Assembly (NCBI RefSeq): GCF_039654945.1
Contig: NW_027361910.1
Span: 1,550,001 to 1,614,000, forward strand
Direction of reading: 5' to 3'
Source: Dendrobates tinctorius
Taxonomy: Eukaryota
Length of the DNA stretch: 64,000 nt
Positions 1 to 13,015 of this stretch are shown in pieces. The position numbers were made by a program, and so were the translations under genes. How positions within the stretch are numbered: the stretch's first letter is position 1; every line of letters begins with the position of its first letter. Below the pieces are notes generated by a model. That model was not told the origin of the DNA. It saw only the letters and a list, made by a program, of their open reading frames with translations, and made no database searches.

Positions 1-909
1 ATTTTTGGTTACCTTTTTGGCATGCCTGCCCTTTTTCAAGATGGCATGTTTTGTTTCATATGCCCCTTGCCTTCCTGCATTATAACTCCACCCCATACTC
101 TAGCCTTTGCTAGAGTATTCTGCCTGTGTTCTGCTCCTGGTGGTTTCCTGGCATTCTAGCGGCTCCTGCAAACCTGTGTGAATATCGTGCTCCTCGCTCT
201 CTGAGTTCTGCTGTTTTCATCTGTGCCAGTGTTCCTCTTGCTCAGGACTGCTTAATCTGAGACTTCCTACCCAGGCCTCCCTGGATAATCTAACACCTTG
301 TTTGGACTTGCTCATCCATGCATAGACTAGAAACGGACCTACTTGTTTCCAGCATTCTCAAGTGCAAACTGCACTTCACAGACTGTTTTGCTGGTTGCAT
401 TTCTCTCTGAGGTTTCCACATATTTAAGTAGTTATTCTAAGTGTTATGGACTTGAGTTTTCTCTGCACTTGTTTGAAGCACCATGTGTTTATAACATAGA
501 CTTTTTCACCTACAAACTGTGGTGTTCTGTTGTGTCTTGCGCCATGCAAAAAGACTCCTGAGTCCTCCAGTATAATTATTACAGATAATTCTCTTTCTTC
601 TCAAACTTTGGTTTAACCCCATCCTCCACTCACCGATGCACTACTCTCTTGTCTGTGTGAGTATACTTGTATGTTTGGTATTTTCCGTTATCACTGTTCG
701 TATTCTGCATCGGGCGTGGGAAACACAGGTACCCTGGAAGTTGTTTAAATACACAGGAATATCCATATAATTACAAACCTATCTTATTCCTCCACTTAAT
801 ATCTTTCCCCGGTAGCAATAAGCAAAACATTTCAGCTTTTGCCTATTACCTACATTATGTGTTTCTCCTTTGAGAAATAAATGATGTAAGTTTTTACTAT
901 CTGCATTTA

Positions 910-1240
910 CACACGGGGTCAAAATTGTTGGTACACCTCATTTAATGACATCAAAACCCACAAAGGTGATGTGATGCTAATTAGTGGACACATCTTGATT
1001 TAACATGTCCCTTTTGTCACATTATTTTCAGGGGTACCATCATTTCTGTCCAGGCCTATTTCATGTGTTTTATTTTTAAAAAAAATTCTGTGGAAGCATG
1101 GTTGAAAAGCAATGTCTGACTTCATTTTCATAGATTTTTTTTTAGATATTATTACTTTTGTCAGATTCAAGTTATTTCTGTGACCATTGTAGGTTTTTCT
1201 GCCATTAAACGAGGGGTAAAAACAATTTTGACCACGTGTG
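910..1240. mobile_element. Internally deleted Tc1/mariner-type non-autonomous element
   Basis: Imperfect ~40-bp TIRs (CACACGGGGTCAAAATTGTTGGTAC... / ...AAACAATTTTGACCACGTGTG), flanked by TA on both sides. Confidence 0.8.
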
Positions 1241-2118
1241 TATCTCTTTTTTACCCAGGAGATTCATGTACAACCAGTATGTATTTACACATCTTTATAT
1301 ACTGGATACACTACTGCAGCCACACTCTGATTTTCACATGCCTATCGTACCCCTTTCCACTAGCTAATGGGGTTTTCAATATAATTGTAATAAAAGTTAC
1401 ATTTTATATCTGATTTTTGCTTTTACTAATTTAACAAACATAGATGCGCAGAATAAAACTATTGCTGGCATTACTAAGACTTAAATTAGTTTTGAAGTCA
1501 TTTAAAGGCAACCTGTTAAAACAATTTTAACTACTGAAACTAGTATAACTGAATAGCTCCAAGAATAAACAATAAAATGTAACTAGCTTTCCAGCAATGA
1601 AATGTACCTGTACTGAGAAATCAAGCTTTGAAAGCATAATTCAAATTAGTCTGGAAGTGCATTGGAGGCATGTAGATGCAATCTGAGTGCACTGACATGA
1701 CATGACATTTCAATATAAGAAAAAATATAGAATGATGAGATGATATAATGCTAAAGTCAAGGGCTCATGCAGATGACTGCAATATTCAGACGAGGGCTTT
1801 TTATCGCTTTATAATAAATACTTGTATCCCACACAAAAAAAAATATCTGGAGCATCTTTCTGACTTTACCCTATATTGTGCTGTTCCTCTGTTATTTCTT
1901 GGATATTTATAGATAAAATGACAACTGGGTGTTACCATTCCTGTTTGTCAAAAGGTGTGTGTCTCTACAGAGTCTGACATTCTCAGCCCTTAATGGACAA
2001 TTTCATATTTATTAATACATTTCTAGTAATAATAAGAGACATATGGCACAATTCAAAGTTTTAAGAAAAGAAGTCCAAGTTTTTTTATGAAGAATACAGG
2101 TATTGATTAAAACACACG

Positions 2119-2707
2119 TGTCACGACTCTGTTGTCGGGTGACCCAGTACCAGGTGCTCCTCCTCTGTCCCTAACGATAGGGGTATCCTAGCTCGCCCTG
2201 TTCCCCAGATTACTTCTGATAGTGAAGGCGCTGAGGCCACGTACCTTGCCTTAGCTCTTGAATCCACCCTCAGTCTGTACCCTTACTCCACCCAGGGAAG
2301 TGGGGAGTAGTAGTGTACCATAATACACCAACCAGACAAACAAGGTAATGCGAACAGGGGTAACGAAAAATACCTAACAGAACAATATACTCACACATAC
2401 AACAGAGGAATGCATCCGGGAGTAGAGGGGTTAAACCAAAGTAAACCAAAAATAGAAGAAAGGGAATTATCATATACTATCCAGGACCCAGTTTATAAAG
2501 GAGATGGAAGTGGCCAGCAGTGAACAGCTGAGAGTCTTAATGCAGGAAAGCTTCCAGGAGCTCTCAACTGAGCATATTAACCATTGTACTGCTAAAAGAA
2601 ACCTGCACTGTTTAATATGAAGGTGAAATGCTTGTAACCGGTGCAAGAATAGGAGAATCAGATGCTGTGGTCTTCTGGGTCCTCTCTGTTAAGGCAAACT
2701 CGTAACA
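2119..2707. mobile_element. Solo LTR (Gypsy-like)
   Basis: TGTCACGA...TCGTAACA termini; near-perfect 5-bp TSD ACACG/ACATG. Confidence 0.65.
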
Positions 2708-2774
2708 ACATGTCAGTAGAGCAGATGGGTCCTTATTAAAGAAAAATACAGTCTGTTAATAATCGCTAGTGTTG

Positions 2775-5011
2775 TGTAAGGAGGTGGCGGTGACCCTCAT
2801 GTACCTTCTCTCTCCTGAATGCTGTTCACCTGTGGCACATGTGGCACCTCATTGTTCTTTAATGTGAAATGCCATGTTTATGTACTGTGATGTCATGTAT
2901 TTGCCATGTACTGTGTATATGTTTAGAAATAGGGATAGAAGTAGCATAATGTAATAGTTGGGTTAGAATAGAGGGGGGCACATTAGAGATTGAGGCTAGT
3001 ATAGATAATAGTATTAGTTTAGGCACAGGCAGCAAGGGGTTATTCAGAAGGGAGGAGTCGGAGCAGAGCAGCACAGAGCAGGGAGATATAAGAAGGGCAC
3101 TTTCTGTTTGGAAGCAGACTCCTGGGCAGCCTGCCTAAGGGCAGGGTGCATGCATTTCAGAAGATAGTTACAGGCCGTGGGGGTAAAGCTGTAGATGGCA
3201 GTAGAAGACTCCAGGCTGGAGAATAGTATAGTCGGGCACCAGCTCAAGAGGATCATCCCCAGGAAGGACAAGGGGCTGACAGGGAGCTGGTGATGCTTTA
3301 TGTATTGATGGGACATGAACTGTCCAAAGGGACTGCCCGGAAGGCAGAGGAAAGGAAAGTGCAGAGAGAGAATAAAGTCTGCCCTCAAGGCAGGGAAAGT
3401 ACAGGAAATGTTGTCATGTGTGAACTGTGCTGCTGATGTGATGGATGCCTTACTCTTTAGTAAAGTTCAACTGTTGGAAAAGAACTGTGACACCGTGGTG
3501 CTTCATGGGACTAAAATTCCAGCAGGCACAGTGAGTACCCATCTCTCTATGTGCAAGGTGCCGGGGTGTTCACTGTGTTTTGCTTAATAAACTCACCCAC
3601 GACTACCCCCTGTGCCACTTTGCTACATTTCACGTAGTTAGCAGGATCGAGCCCAGAATCCCTGCAACTACAGGACTGGTAGAGAAGATTCCCGAGATTT
3701 GAGGATTGGTGACAGCTGTGAAAGAGTTAAAGATGGCTGCTGACAGTGACTTTAAGATGGCGCTGAACACTGACATGGTGACAGTAAGTGGCGTGAAAAT
3801 GGAGGGTGGTGCCACCTTTCGTGGGCATCCTAGAAAGAAACTGGCACAAAAAGTAAGGAGGCCGTGGCCTAAGCAGGGGCCACATCCCACAGTGATTAAT
3901 GTCCGCCCGAAATGGGTGCGGGCGAAGAAGCTTCAGCCCTTACAGCCGAGTGTGAGGAAATGGGTGGAGCAGCCGGAAGTGACTCCACCCAAAAATGGGA
4001 GGAGCCCAGAAAGACGGGACAGTGTGTCGGGAGAGGAGGCGTCATTGCCTGACAACATGCAGAGGTGAAGCATATCCTTCCGCGGTGGCATCGGATGCCA
4101 GGTCTGGGAGCGGTCTGTGGCTCGGGCGGAGACGAGCCCACGTCATGGACGCTGGCATCGAGGGACCTAGATGAATGGCTCCCCTTCAGATGGCGGTGGA
4201 ATGAGTTTTCCGGGAACCTGAGCATCATGCGACCTGAGGAACTGGAAGAGGCTCGAAAGACATTGGAAGCCATGTTGCAAGGAGTCATCACAACTCTCGT
4301 CCCTGGTTCACGCAACCGCGTGAGAGGATCGTCATCGGACGCAGCGTCAGTGAGTGCGGAATTTGTGCCCATCCCAGTGGCCGTACTGACTCTTGTGCTG
4401 TCACCTTCTTCAGCTCCATTCACCCTGGCTCTGCCGCTGGATGAGTTGGAGCAGAGCAGCCCAGAGCAGGGAGATATAGGAAGGGCACTTCCTGTTTGGA
4501 AGCAGACTTCGGAGCAGCCTGCCTAAGGGCAGGGTGCATGCAGTTCAGAAGACAGTTACAGGCCATGAGGGTAAAGCTGCAGATGGTAGTAAGAGACCCA
4601 AGGTTGGAAATAGTACAGTCGGGCACCAGCTCAACAGGATCATCCCCAGGACGAACAAGGGACTGAAAGGGAGCTGTGATGCTGAAGGTGCAGATGGGAC
4701 ATGAACTGTCCAAAGGGACTACCCGGACGGCAGAGGAAAGTAAAGCACAGAGAGAATAGAGTCTGCTCGCAAGGCAGGGAAAATACAGGAAACGTTGCCC
4801 TGTATGAACTTTGCTGCCGATGTGATGGATGCCTTACTGTTTAGTAAAGTTCAACTGTTGGAAAAGACCTGTGACAACGTGGTGTTTCATGGGACCAGAA
4901 TTCCAGCAGACACAGTGAGTACCCATCTCTCCATGTACAAGGTGCCAGGGTGTTCTCTGTCTGTTGCTTAATAGACTCACCCATGACTACCCCCCCATAC
5001 CACCTTGTTAC
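2775..5011 (+). mobile_element. Deleted LTR retrotransposon: full 5' LTR (2775-3627), degenerate PBS, short internal remnant, 5'-truncated 3' LTR (~4440-5011)
   Basis: ~3055-3627 is repeated at ~4440-5011. The LTR begins TGTAAG and ends GCTACA. CACGTAGTTAGCAGGAT follows and resembles the tRNA-Ser PBS TGGCGTAGTCGGCAGGAT. Confidence 0.75.
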
Positions 5012-5014
5012 TGC

Positions 5015-5255
5015 ATAATGTCTCTAAACATGACCCGTAGGGCACAGCATGATTTCCCCACACATGCCTCATAGGGCGTAGCATGATATCCACACGCATG
5101 TCCCTTAGGGCCCAGTATCATGACTCCAAACATGTCCCATAAGGCACATCATGATGTTCCCAGGCATGTGCCATAGGGCACAGCATGGTGTCCCTAAACA
5201 TATCCCATTGTGCACAGCATGGTGTCCCTAAACATGTCCCATAGGGCACAGCATC
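5015..5255. repeat. ~34-bp minisatellite, ~7 degenerate copies
   Basis: CATGTCCCATAGGGCACAGCATG...-like unit recurs at 5029, 5063, 5097, 5131, 5165, 5199 and 5232. Confidence 0.85.
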
Positions 5256-5894
5256 TGCCACTAAAACGTAGGAAACATCTGTCTCTTCCAGGTTCAATAT
5301 AAACCTTATGGCATTCATTACTGCTGCCAATAATGGGATATTTTTTAAATAAGCTTATTTAATTATTCTTATCATTTAAGAAAAAAAATCTATCCAATGA
5401 AAATGCTCTATTTCTGAATACAACATGCCTACTTATACAAATGAGTGGTGGAATAGAGTAACTGATCCTATTACTACAGTAGCTGCCCGTTCCACGAGCT
5501 TCGAAAATACCTCAAAATAGATACAAGTTAGCGAGCAGGCAACTGGCAGGCCCTTGTAAGAAAAGCATATTCTCCATTTCAACAATAAAAAAATAAATCC
5601 ATTGAATAGCATGCTGGTACTTTATTGGAAACTTTTATCTGTGAAACTTCCCAGTAGTCAGACAGCCGCATTTTAATGATGTATGATAACTATAAATAAT
5701 TGAGTTTTAATATATCATTAAAATGCTTTGCTCTTGGCAAGGAAAAATGTCTACAGTTACATTATATTTTTTTTACTAATTCTGAAAGGTATATAAAAAG
5801 GCTAAAATTGTATCTTAGTTCCACTTATATTTGAGTAAGCATGTTATTCCTCTATGTGAAATGCATCATATTACTGCAGGAAGCGTCTGGATTA

Positions 5895-7104
5895 GGCTAG
5901 TTTCACACTTGCTTTTTTTTGCAGCGCGTTTTTCCCGCAAAAAAACGCATTGAAAAAACGCATACATAAGCATACAACTGCTGCGTTTTTTTCAAGCATT
6001 TTTATGAGCATGCATGAAAAAAACGCAGCGTTTTTATGCGTTTGTATGCGTTTTTAGTGCGTTTTTACCGCGTTTGTGTTTTTTTCCAACATTTTTAGGT
6101 GGCCCCTCACACTACCCAAACCATGACTTTACTAACCCTAACCCTGACCCTAACCCTAACCCTGACCCTAACCCTTAACCAAATCATACTTAACCCTAAC
6201 CCAAACCCTAAACCCTAACTAACCCTAACCCTAACCCTGACCCTAACCCTAACCCTAACCCTGACCCTAACCCTAACCCTAACCCTAACCCTGACCCTAA
6301 CCCTTAACAAAACCATACTTAACCCTAATCCTGACCCTAACCCTGACCCTAATCCTTAACAAAACCATACTTAACCCTAACCCTGACCCTAACCCTAACC
6401 CTGACCCTAACCCTAACCCTAACCCTGACCCTAACCCTAACCCTAACCCTGACCCTAACCCTTAACAAAACCATACTTAACCCTAATCCTGACCCTAACC
6501 CTGACCCTAACCCTTAACAAAACCATACTTAACCCTAACTCTGACCCTAACCCTAACCCTGACCCTAACCCTAACCCTAACCCTAACCCTGACCCTAACC
6601 CTTAACAAAACCATACTTAACCCTAATCCTGACCCTAACCCTGACCCTAACCCTTAACCAAACCATACTTAACCCTAACCCTGACCCAAACCCCAACCCT
6701 AACCCTGACCCTGACCATAACCCTAACCCTAAACCCCCTTAACTAACCCTAACTCTAACCCAAACCCCTAAATTCCATGGTTAAAAAAAAAAAAACGCAT
6801 ATGCAAAAAAAGCATACATGAGCATGCCAGTGCGCACATATGCGCATCCATAGGCTATAATGGCCATTTTTAGCGCAAAACGTGCGCATATGTGCGCATG
6901 CGCTTTTTTGCAGGGCCAAAAAATGCAACATGCTGCGTCTGGAAAATACCAACGCACACCCCAAAAAAACGCAGCGCATGAAAATCGCATACATGCGCTT
7001 ACCAGGGCACAGGTATGCGCACCCATGTTAAATATAGGGGAAAAAACGCATGCGCAGGTATGCGTTTTTTTCCAGCGCTAAAAAACGCAAATGTGAAACC
7101 AGCC
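5895..7104. mobile_element. Non-autonomous PIF/Harbinger-type element carrying a telomere-like array
   Basis: TIRs GGCTAGTTTCACACTTGC / GCAAATGTGAAACCAGCC, TTA TSD on both sides, subterminal AAAAACGCA repeats. Confidence 0.8.
6130..6770. repeat. Interstitial telomere-like (CCCTAA/CCCTGA)n array with a higher-order CCCTTAACAAAACCATACTTAA unit
   Basis: Read directly from the sequence. Confidence 0.95.
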
Positions 7105-7422
7105 TTACTGCCTGACACTGTGCACATATAATACTGACACATTTCACACAATTCATTTAAGTTTGAGCTAAAAATATGTGAGAACCACACAAATATGTCA
7201 TAAAGCTGTAAATAGATTTTAAACCACTTGACTTGTTATATTCAATATGAATCTGGATAGAAAATCCACACTTTCCCATCTTCATTTCCTGCAATTACAA
7301 ACAACACTGGTTCATTTAAAGGGAATCTGTCACCATGTTTTTGCTACCCCATCTGAGCGCAACGTGATGTAGGTGCAAACACTCTGATTCCAATGATGTC
7401 CAGGTTACTTTGTAACAAGGTG

Positions 7423-9677
7423 CATATCATCAAGAAAATATGAGAGTTTAAATTCCCTCCAAAGAAAGGAAAATATCAGAAAAATACTAATAATACATTT
7501 TGTCGTCTATACAAAAAGTTCACTTTATTAAATATAAAAACAGTTCATCAAATGACAAAACATACAATTACAAAAAATATTATACAAATGTAAGAGGCAG
7601 ATAATGATGCAACCGTGGTTGTGACATGGAGACATATGTAAACAATGGACCAGAAACTCCCATGTAAAAATCAATAGTTATAATGCTAACAACAATAAGT
7701 GTCATCTATTAAATATTAATGTAAACATAAATAGAAAATTTTTTTAAATTTTAATAGAGACACACTACCTTAAAAAGAGGGGAGGAAACATCCCAGTATA
7801 ATCCATTAAGTAGTGTTAGCAAAAAAGATCATGTGTATAAACATCAAGAGTTCCCTTACCCATAATAAAGAAATGTCGCCACGTCACACAAAACACCCGG
7901 ACGCGCGTTTCGCACCTCGCTTCCTCGGGGGGCGATATAATCCCTCCTGAAATTGTTCACCTTAAATAGGCCCTCATATATAAGTCCGGCACCACTACAT
8001 CACTTCCGGCGTCGGGCGTGCCATGTCCCAGGAACAATTGCTCCACTGACGTCAGTGGAACATGGGCGCGTCATATCGACACCTTCCGTGGTGAGGGTAA
8101 CCTAGGAGACGCCGTCAACATGCGCACACACAGAGCGATAATATTGAAGAAACAACCAATAATGATGAAATCCATATAAGATACAAAAACCGCATATCAA
8201 ACTAAAACCCATACATACAAACTGCATAAATGCAAATATATACATTATTATATTTATATGTTATATATTAAATTATACCGCATCCATGCATATTATCAAG
8301 AGATAATAGACATACTAAACACCCCCACTGAAACGCATATACAAACAATAAAAACACATATAAATATACAAAGGAGGAACAAAAAAACAAAAAAAAAACT
8401 TTTTAATAATACCAAAAAATAATAATAATAATGACATATAATATACAAAAAACACAAAACAACACTCATATGGAAAACATGAAAGCAAAATAGAGATGGT
8501 TCCAATCCAGAAGATAAAGGGCCCATTCAAACGAACAAGTCATCTGCTGCAATACTGTGAATATAAAATACAAAAATACATACAATTAAAATCAGGGAGG
8601 ATAAAAAGACTCACATAAGCGAATATTGACTAATAAGATGCAAGGCTGAAAATAACACATGCACATACATAAGCCATGTGTATATATGTGCACATAAATT
8701 GTGCACACAATATTACCAATATATAGGTGAATATTTGTCAAACAAAAGCAAAAAGAGAAATATATACAAAAAAATATAAATAAAATAAAATCAAATAAAT
8801 TGGAGGAGGAAAATGGGGGGTGGAAAAACTATATAAAGTGAATCACATATCACAAAAAAGATGAGAAACTAAGTTTCTCATTTAATCCAGATGGTGTCAT
8901 TGTGCCCAACCTCACAATCCACTTACATTCAAGTTGGGATAATTTACGTTTCAAATTACCACCCCTAATCCCTCCATGGATACGGTCAATCCCCCGTACC
9001 TTGAGTAGGTCCGGGTTGGATGCATGTTTTAACCTGAAGTGACGTGGGATGGTCTTCAAAGAGGCTATATCCTGAACAGTTGGAGCTGACATAATGTCCC
9101 TTACATGTTCCCTCACACGCACTCGCAATTGTTTTGTGTGACGTGGCGACATTTCTTTATTATGGGTAAGGGAACTCTTGATGTTTATACACATGATCTT
9201 TTTTGCTAACACTACTTAATGGATTATACTGGGATGTTTCCTCCCCTCTTTTTAAGGTAGTGTGTCTCTATTAAAATTTAAAAAAAATTTCTATTTATGT
9301 TTACATTAATATTTAATAGATGACACTTATTGTTGTTAGCATTATAACTATTGATTTTTACATGGGAGTTTCTGGTCCCTTGTTTACATATGTCTCCATG
9401 TCACAACCACGGTTGCATCATTATCTGCCTCTTACATTTGTATAATATTTTTTGTAATTGTATGTTTTGTCATTTGATGAACTGTTTTTATATTTAATAA
9501 AGTGAACTTTTTGTATAGACGACAAAATGTATTATTAGTATTTTTCTGATATTTTCCTTTCTTTGGAGGGAATTTAAACTCTCATATTTTCTTGATGATA
9601 TGCTATTTGGACAGAGAGTGTCCCTAATTAAATTATGGTATTTTTGTATATCCACATTCCTGGCTATGTATTTATGA
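7423..9677 (-). mobile_element. 5'-truncated Penelope-like element with an inverted pLTR arm
   Basis: GIY-YIG C-terminus on the minus strand (TKQLRVRVREH...PRHF...WIVRLGTMTPSGLNE, 8850-9137). 474-bp inverted arms 7422-7895 / 9130-9603. 14-bp TSD TTTGTAACAAGGTG at 7409-7422 and 9678-9691. Confidence 0.9.
7894..7934 (-). ncRNA. Minimal type I hammerhead ribozyme motif (U4C core variant) in PLE pLTR
   Basis: Minus strand reads CGCCCC-CCGAGGA-AGCGAGGTGC-GAAA-CGCGCG-TC-CGGGTG: stem I CGCCC/GGGTG, palindromic stem III. Confidence 0.75.
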
Positions 9678-10084
9678 TTTGTAACAAGGTGGTACGGGGT
9701 GGTAGTCATAGCTGAGTCCACTAGGTTACAGTCTGTGAGCACCCCGGCCCCTTGCACATAAATAGACAATTCCAGTCCAGCCCCAGGTCACAGTGGGTTA
9801 CCTCAGAATCACGGTTGCTCTCCATGTTGGAACAGCATCCTCCGGATGCACAACATGTCACACTCTTTAGGGCCCAACAGTGGCAACTTGTTTAATGAAG
9901 ATAAAGCATAGAAGAATATAATATAATTCCTGAACTGTCCCTATTCAGAGATGCTGCTCCTTCAGCAGCAGTAGCAAAAGCATCAGCTCCCAACGGCTCC
10001 TGGAAGCTCACAGTCACCAAGATGGCAAAATCACAATTCCCGTGCCCTGTTCCACTGCCCGGCAGTCCTTGGCAGTTTGAACTC

Positions 10085-10310
10085 CCCAGGCGGGGGTCTC
10101 TTCTGTCCCATACGGGGATCCACATATATCCCAAATGGGGTTCCTCACTGTTCCAGATGGGAACACACTTATGCCCCAAACGGGGATCCTCATATACCCC
10201 AAACGGGGGTCCTCCTCACTGTTCCAGACAGGAACACACTTATGCCCCAAACGGAAGTCTCTTCTGTCCCAGACAGGGACGCACATATGCCCCAGACGGG
10301 GACACACATC
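10085..10310. repeat. Degenerate tandem repeats inside the LTR (..CCCCAAACGGGG.. / TTCTGTCCCAGACAGG..)
   Basis: Repeated motifs read directly; they give repetitive spurious ORFs. Confidence 0.7.
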
Positions 10311-10478
10311 CTGCCTCAGGCCGTCCGGCCTGGGCTCTGCTGCTGGAAGCAGGAGCTTCCTGCTTCTTTGAGGCTGCTAACCCAGCTTCTTCCATTAACT
10401 CTCTCTATCCCTGAACTAATCATGTCTAATACAGTGCAGTGGCAATATACAGTATATTGACATGACAGATATAAAACA

Positions 10479-11933
10479 CTAGATGGTGGCCCGATTCTAA
10501 CGCATCGGGTATTCTAGAATATACATGCAGTTTATTTTTGAAGATTTAATAATAATGCAATAATGCACCCCCCAATCCTGATATGTATGGTTCTCTCACC
10601 CCCAATCCTGATATGTATGGTTCTCTCACCCCCAATTCTGATATGCATGCTACCCCTCAACCCCCTATCCTGGTGGTGCATGGTCCCCTGACCCCCCAAT
10701 CCTAGAATGCATGGTCCTCTCACCCCCCAATCCTGGTATGCATGGTCCTCTCACCTCTCTTTCCTGGTATGCATGGTCCTCTTACCCCCCTTTGGGGTAT
10801 ACATGGTCCCCTCACCCCCCAATCCTGGTATGCATGGTCCCCTCACCCCCCTATCTTGGTATGCATGGTCCTCTCACCCCCCTTTCTTGGTATGCATGGT
10901 CTCCTCACCCCCTTTGCTGGTATGCATGGTCCTCTCACACCCCAATCCTGGTATGTATGCTCACCGTCACCCCCTTTCCTGGTATATATGGTCCCCTCAC
11001 CCCCCAATCCTGGTATGCATGGTCCCCTCACCCCCCTATCCTGGTATGCATGGTCCCCTCACCCCCCTTTCCTGATATGCATGGTCCCCTCACCCCCCAA
11101 TCCTGGTATGCATGGTCCTCTTACCCTCCTTTTGGGGTATGCATGGTCCCCTCACCCCCAGTCCTGGTATACATGGTCCCCTCACCCCCTAATCCTGGTA
11201 TGCATGGTCCCCTCACCCCCCAATCCTGGTATGCATGGTCCCCTCACCCCCCAATCCTGGTATGCATGGTTTCCTCACCCCCCTTTCCTGGTATGCATGG
11301 TCCCCTCACCCCCTTTCCTGGTATGCATGGTCCCCTCACCCCCCTTTCCGTGTAGCTGCGACAAATCAGCGTTGCGGCCCTGCAGCCGCGACCAATCACT
11401 GCTGTGGCCCTGTACAAAAATAATTTTAAAAATTAAAAAAATTTATTCTCACCTTCCGACGGCCTCCTGTCTTCTTTCCACGCGCCCGGCCTCGCGTTCC
11501 CAGCAATGCTTTGCGGCTTAGACCGCTGATGACGTCGGTCTTCTTTCTCGCTCTCGCGAGAGTGACGTTGGTCTTCTTTCTCGCTCTCGCGAGAGTGACG
11601 TCATCAGCGGTCTAAGCCGCAAAGCATTACTGGGAACGCGAGGCTGGGTGCGGTGCGTGGAAAGAAGACATGAGGCTGTCGGAAGGTGAGAATAACTTTT
11701 TAAAATTTTAATTCTCTTTTTTACAGATTAAGGCCTGCGCCTGCCGCTGATTGGTTGCGGCCTTTCGGCCACGACCATTCAGCAGCAGGCGCAGCTTACC
11801 ATTACAAACAGCTGCGCCTGTCGCTGATTGGTTGCGGCCTGGCGGGGGCCTGGCGGCCGTGACCAATCAGCGGCCCGCGATTTCAGTTACAGACAGACAC
11901 GATAAGGCGTTTATATATATATATATATATATA
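10479..11933 (-). mobile_element. Non-autonomous Helitron-like element
   Basis: Minus-strand 3' end has hairpin CCCGAT-GCGTTAGA-ATCGGG followed by CCACCAT-CTAG. Inserted between A and T with no TSD. (TA)n-rich 5' end; the canonical 5' TC is not clearly seen. Confidence 0.75.
10560..11350. repeat. ~31-bp minisatellite (TCCTGGTATGCATGGTCCCCTCACCCCCCAA) within the Helitron
   Basis: About 25 tandem copies read directly. Confidence 0.95.
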
Positions 11934-12109
11934 TTTCACATTACACAGTACATATGAGACATGGCACATTAACACAATTAAGCATAAGGGAACCATTCAG
12001 GTGCCGCACGGGCTACATGTGCCGGATATACAGGAAGGCACGTGAGGTTCCTTGCCACCTCCTTACAACTTTTCTTTGCCTTTCTCCACCAACTGTACAT
12101 TTTGTCACT

Positions 12110-12785
12110 AAATTAACTATAACAAAATGTTATGTGTTTTGAGGAGATCATCCAGACCTTTTATAAAAACTGTTATAGTGTCTGCCATTAATACCTCTTG
12201 TGGTAGGGCATTCCACAGTTTGACTGCTCTAACTGTAAAGAACCCTTTCCTATTTAGCTGTTGGAATCACCTTTCTTCCATCCATAATGAATGCCCCCTG
12301 GTCCTACGTATAGTCCTTGGAAGGAATAAGTCATGCACCAGTCCTATGTACTGACCTCACATATATTTGTACATATAAATGAGATCCAGTCTGAAGCATC
12401 TTTTTCTAAGCTAAACAAGCCCAACTTTTCCATCCTCTCATCATCTAAGAGGGCTTCCATTCCTTGTAGTAATCTAGTTGCCCACCTTTGAACTGACACT
12501 AATTTCTAAATGTCCTTTTTTAAATGTAGGGCCCAAAACTGTATTCCATATTTTAGATGTGGCCTCACATGCGATTTACAAAGGGGTGACGATACGTTGT
12601 GATTGCAGGATTTTATCTCTCTTTTTATATACACCCTAAAATCTTGTTTGCTTTTGCGGCTGATGCTTGATCTAGAGTACTGCTGCTCAGCTTACGTGTA
12701 ACCACCAAAACTCCCAAGTCCTTCTCCTGTTCTGTAGTCCTGAGTATACTCCCATTTATTGTATATGCAGCAATGGGATTACATT
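12110..12785 (-). mobile_element. Degenerate CR1 LINE 3' fragment
   Basis: Reverse complement resembles the CR1 ORF2 C-terminus (FFTVRAVKLWNALP-type motif) and the copy at 47840-48453. Confidence 0.7.
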
Positions 12786-13015
12786 TATACTTGTATACTT
12801 GTATATTTATAATTTTACTTTAGAATGACACCTTTTGTTTTACTATGCTGTATATTTGAAAACAGGAAAAAAAATTCCAGATGCGGTGAAATTGTAAAAA
12901 AAAGTGCAATTCTACAACTGTTTTGTGCATTTTTTTTACCATGTTCACCAAATGCTAAAACTGACCTACCACTATGGTTCTCCAGGTCATTACAAGTTCA
13001 TAGATTGTTTTTTAT

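Larger units (their letters stand above)
7411..12067 (-). mobile_element. Solo LTR related to the 2775-5011 family, split by a PLE (7423-9677) and a Helitron (10479-11933)
   Basis: TGTAACAAGGTGGTAC...CACCTCCTTACA termini match the reverse complement of the 2775-5011 LTR ends. 4-bp TSD ACTT at 7407-7410 and 12068-12071. Confidence 0.75.

Noticed and set aside
1-725. Possible LTR or other repeat fragment at the window start
   Set aside because: No second copy, termini or TSD visible.
1500-2740. Possible TTAA-AGG (Kolobok/T2-type) MITE; similar fragments at ~7317-7400 and ~36030-36492
   Set aside because: Termini too degenerate to delimit confidently.
6130-6770. True telomere or chromosome-fusion scar
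   Set aside because: Degenerate, single orientation, and enclosed by MITE TIRs and TSD.
10707-11521. 122-259 aa repetitive ORFs
   Set aside because: Translations of the 31-bp minisatellite in several frames.
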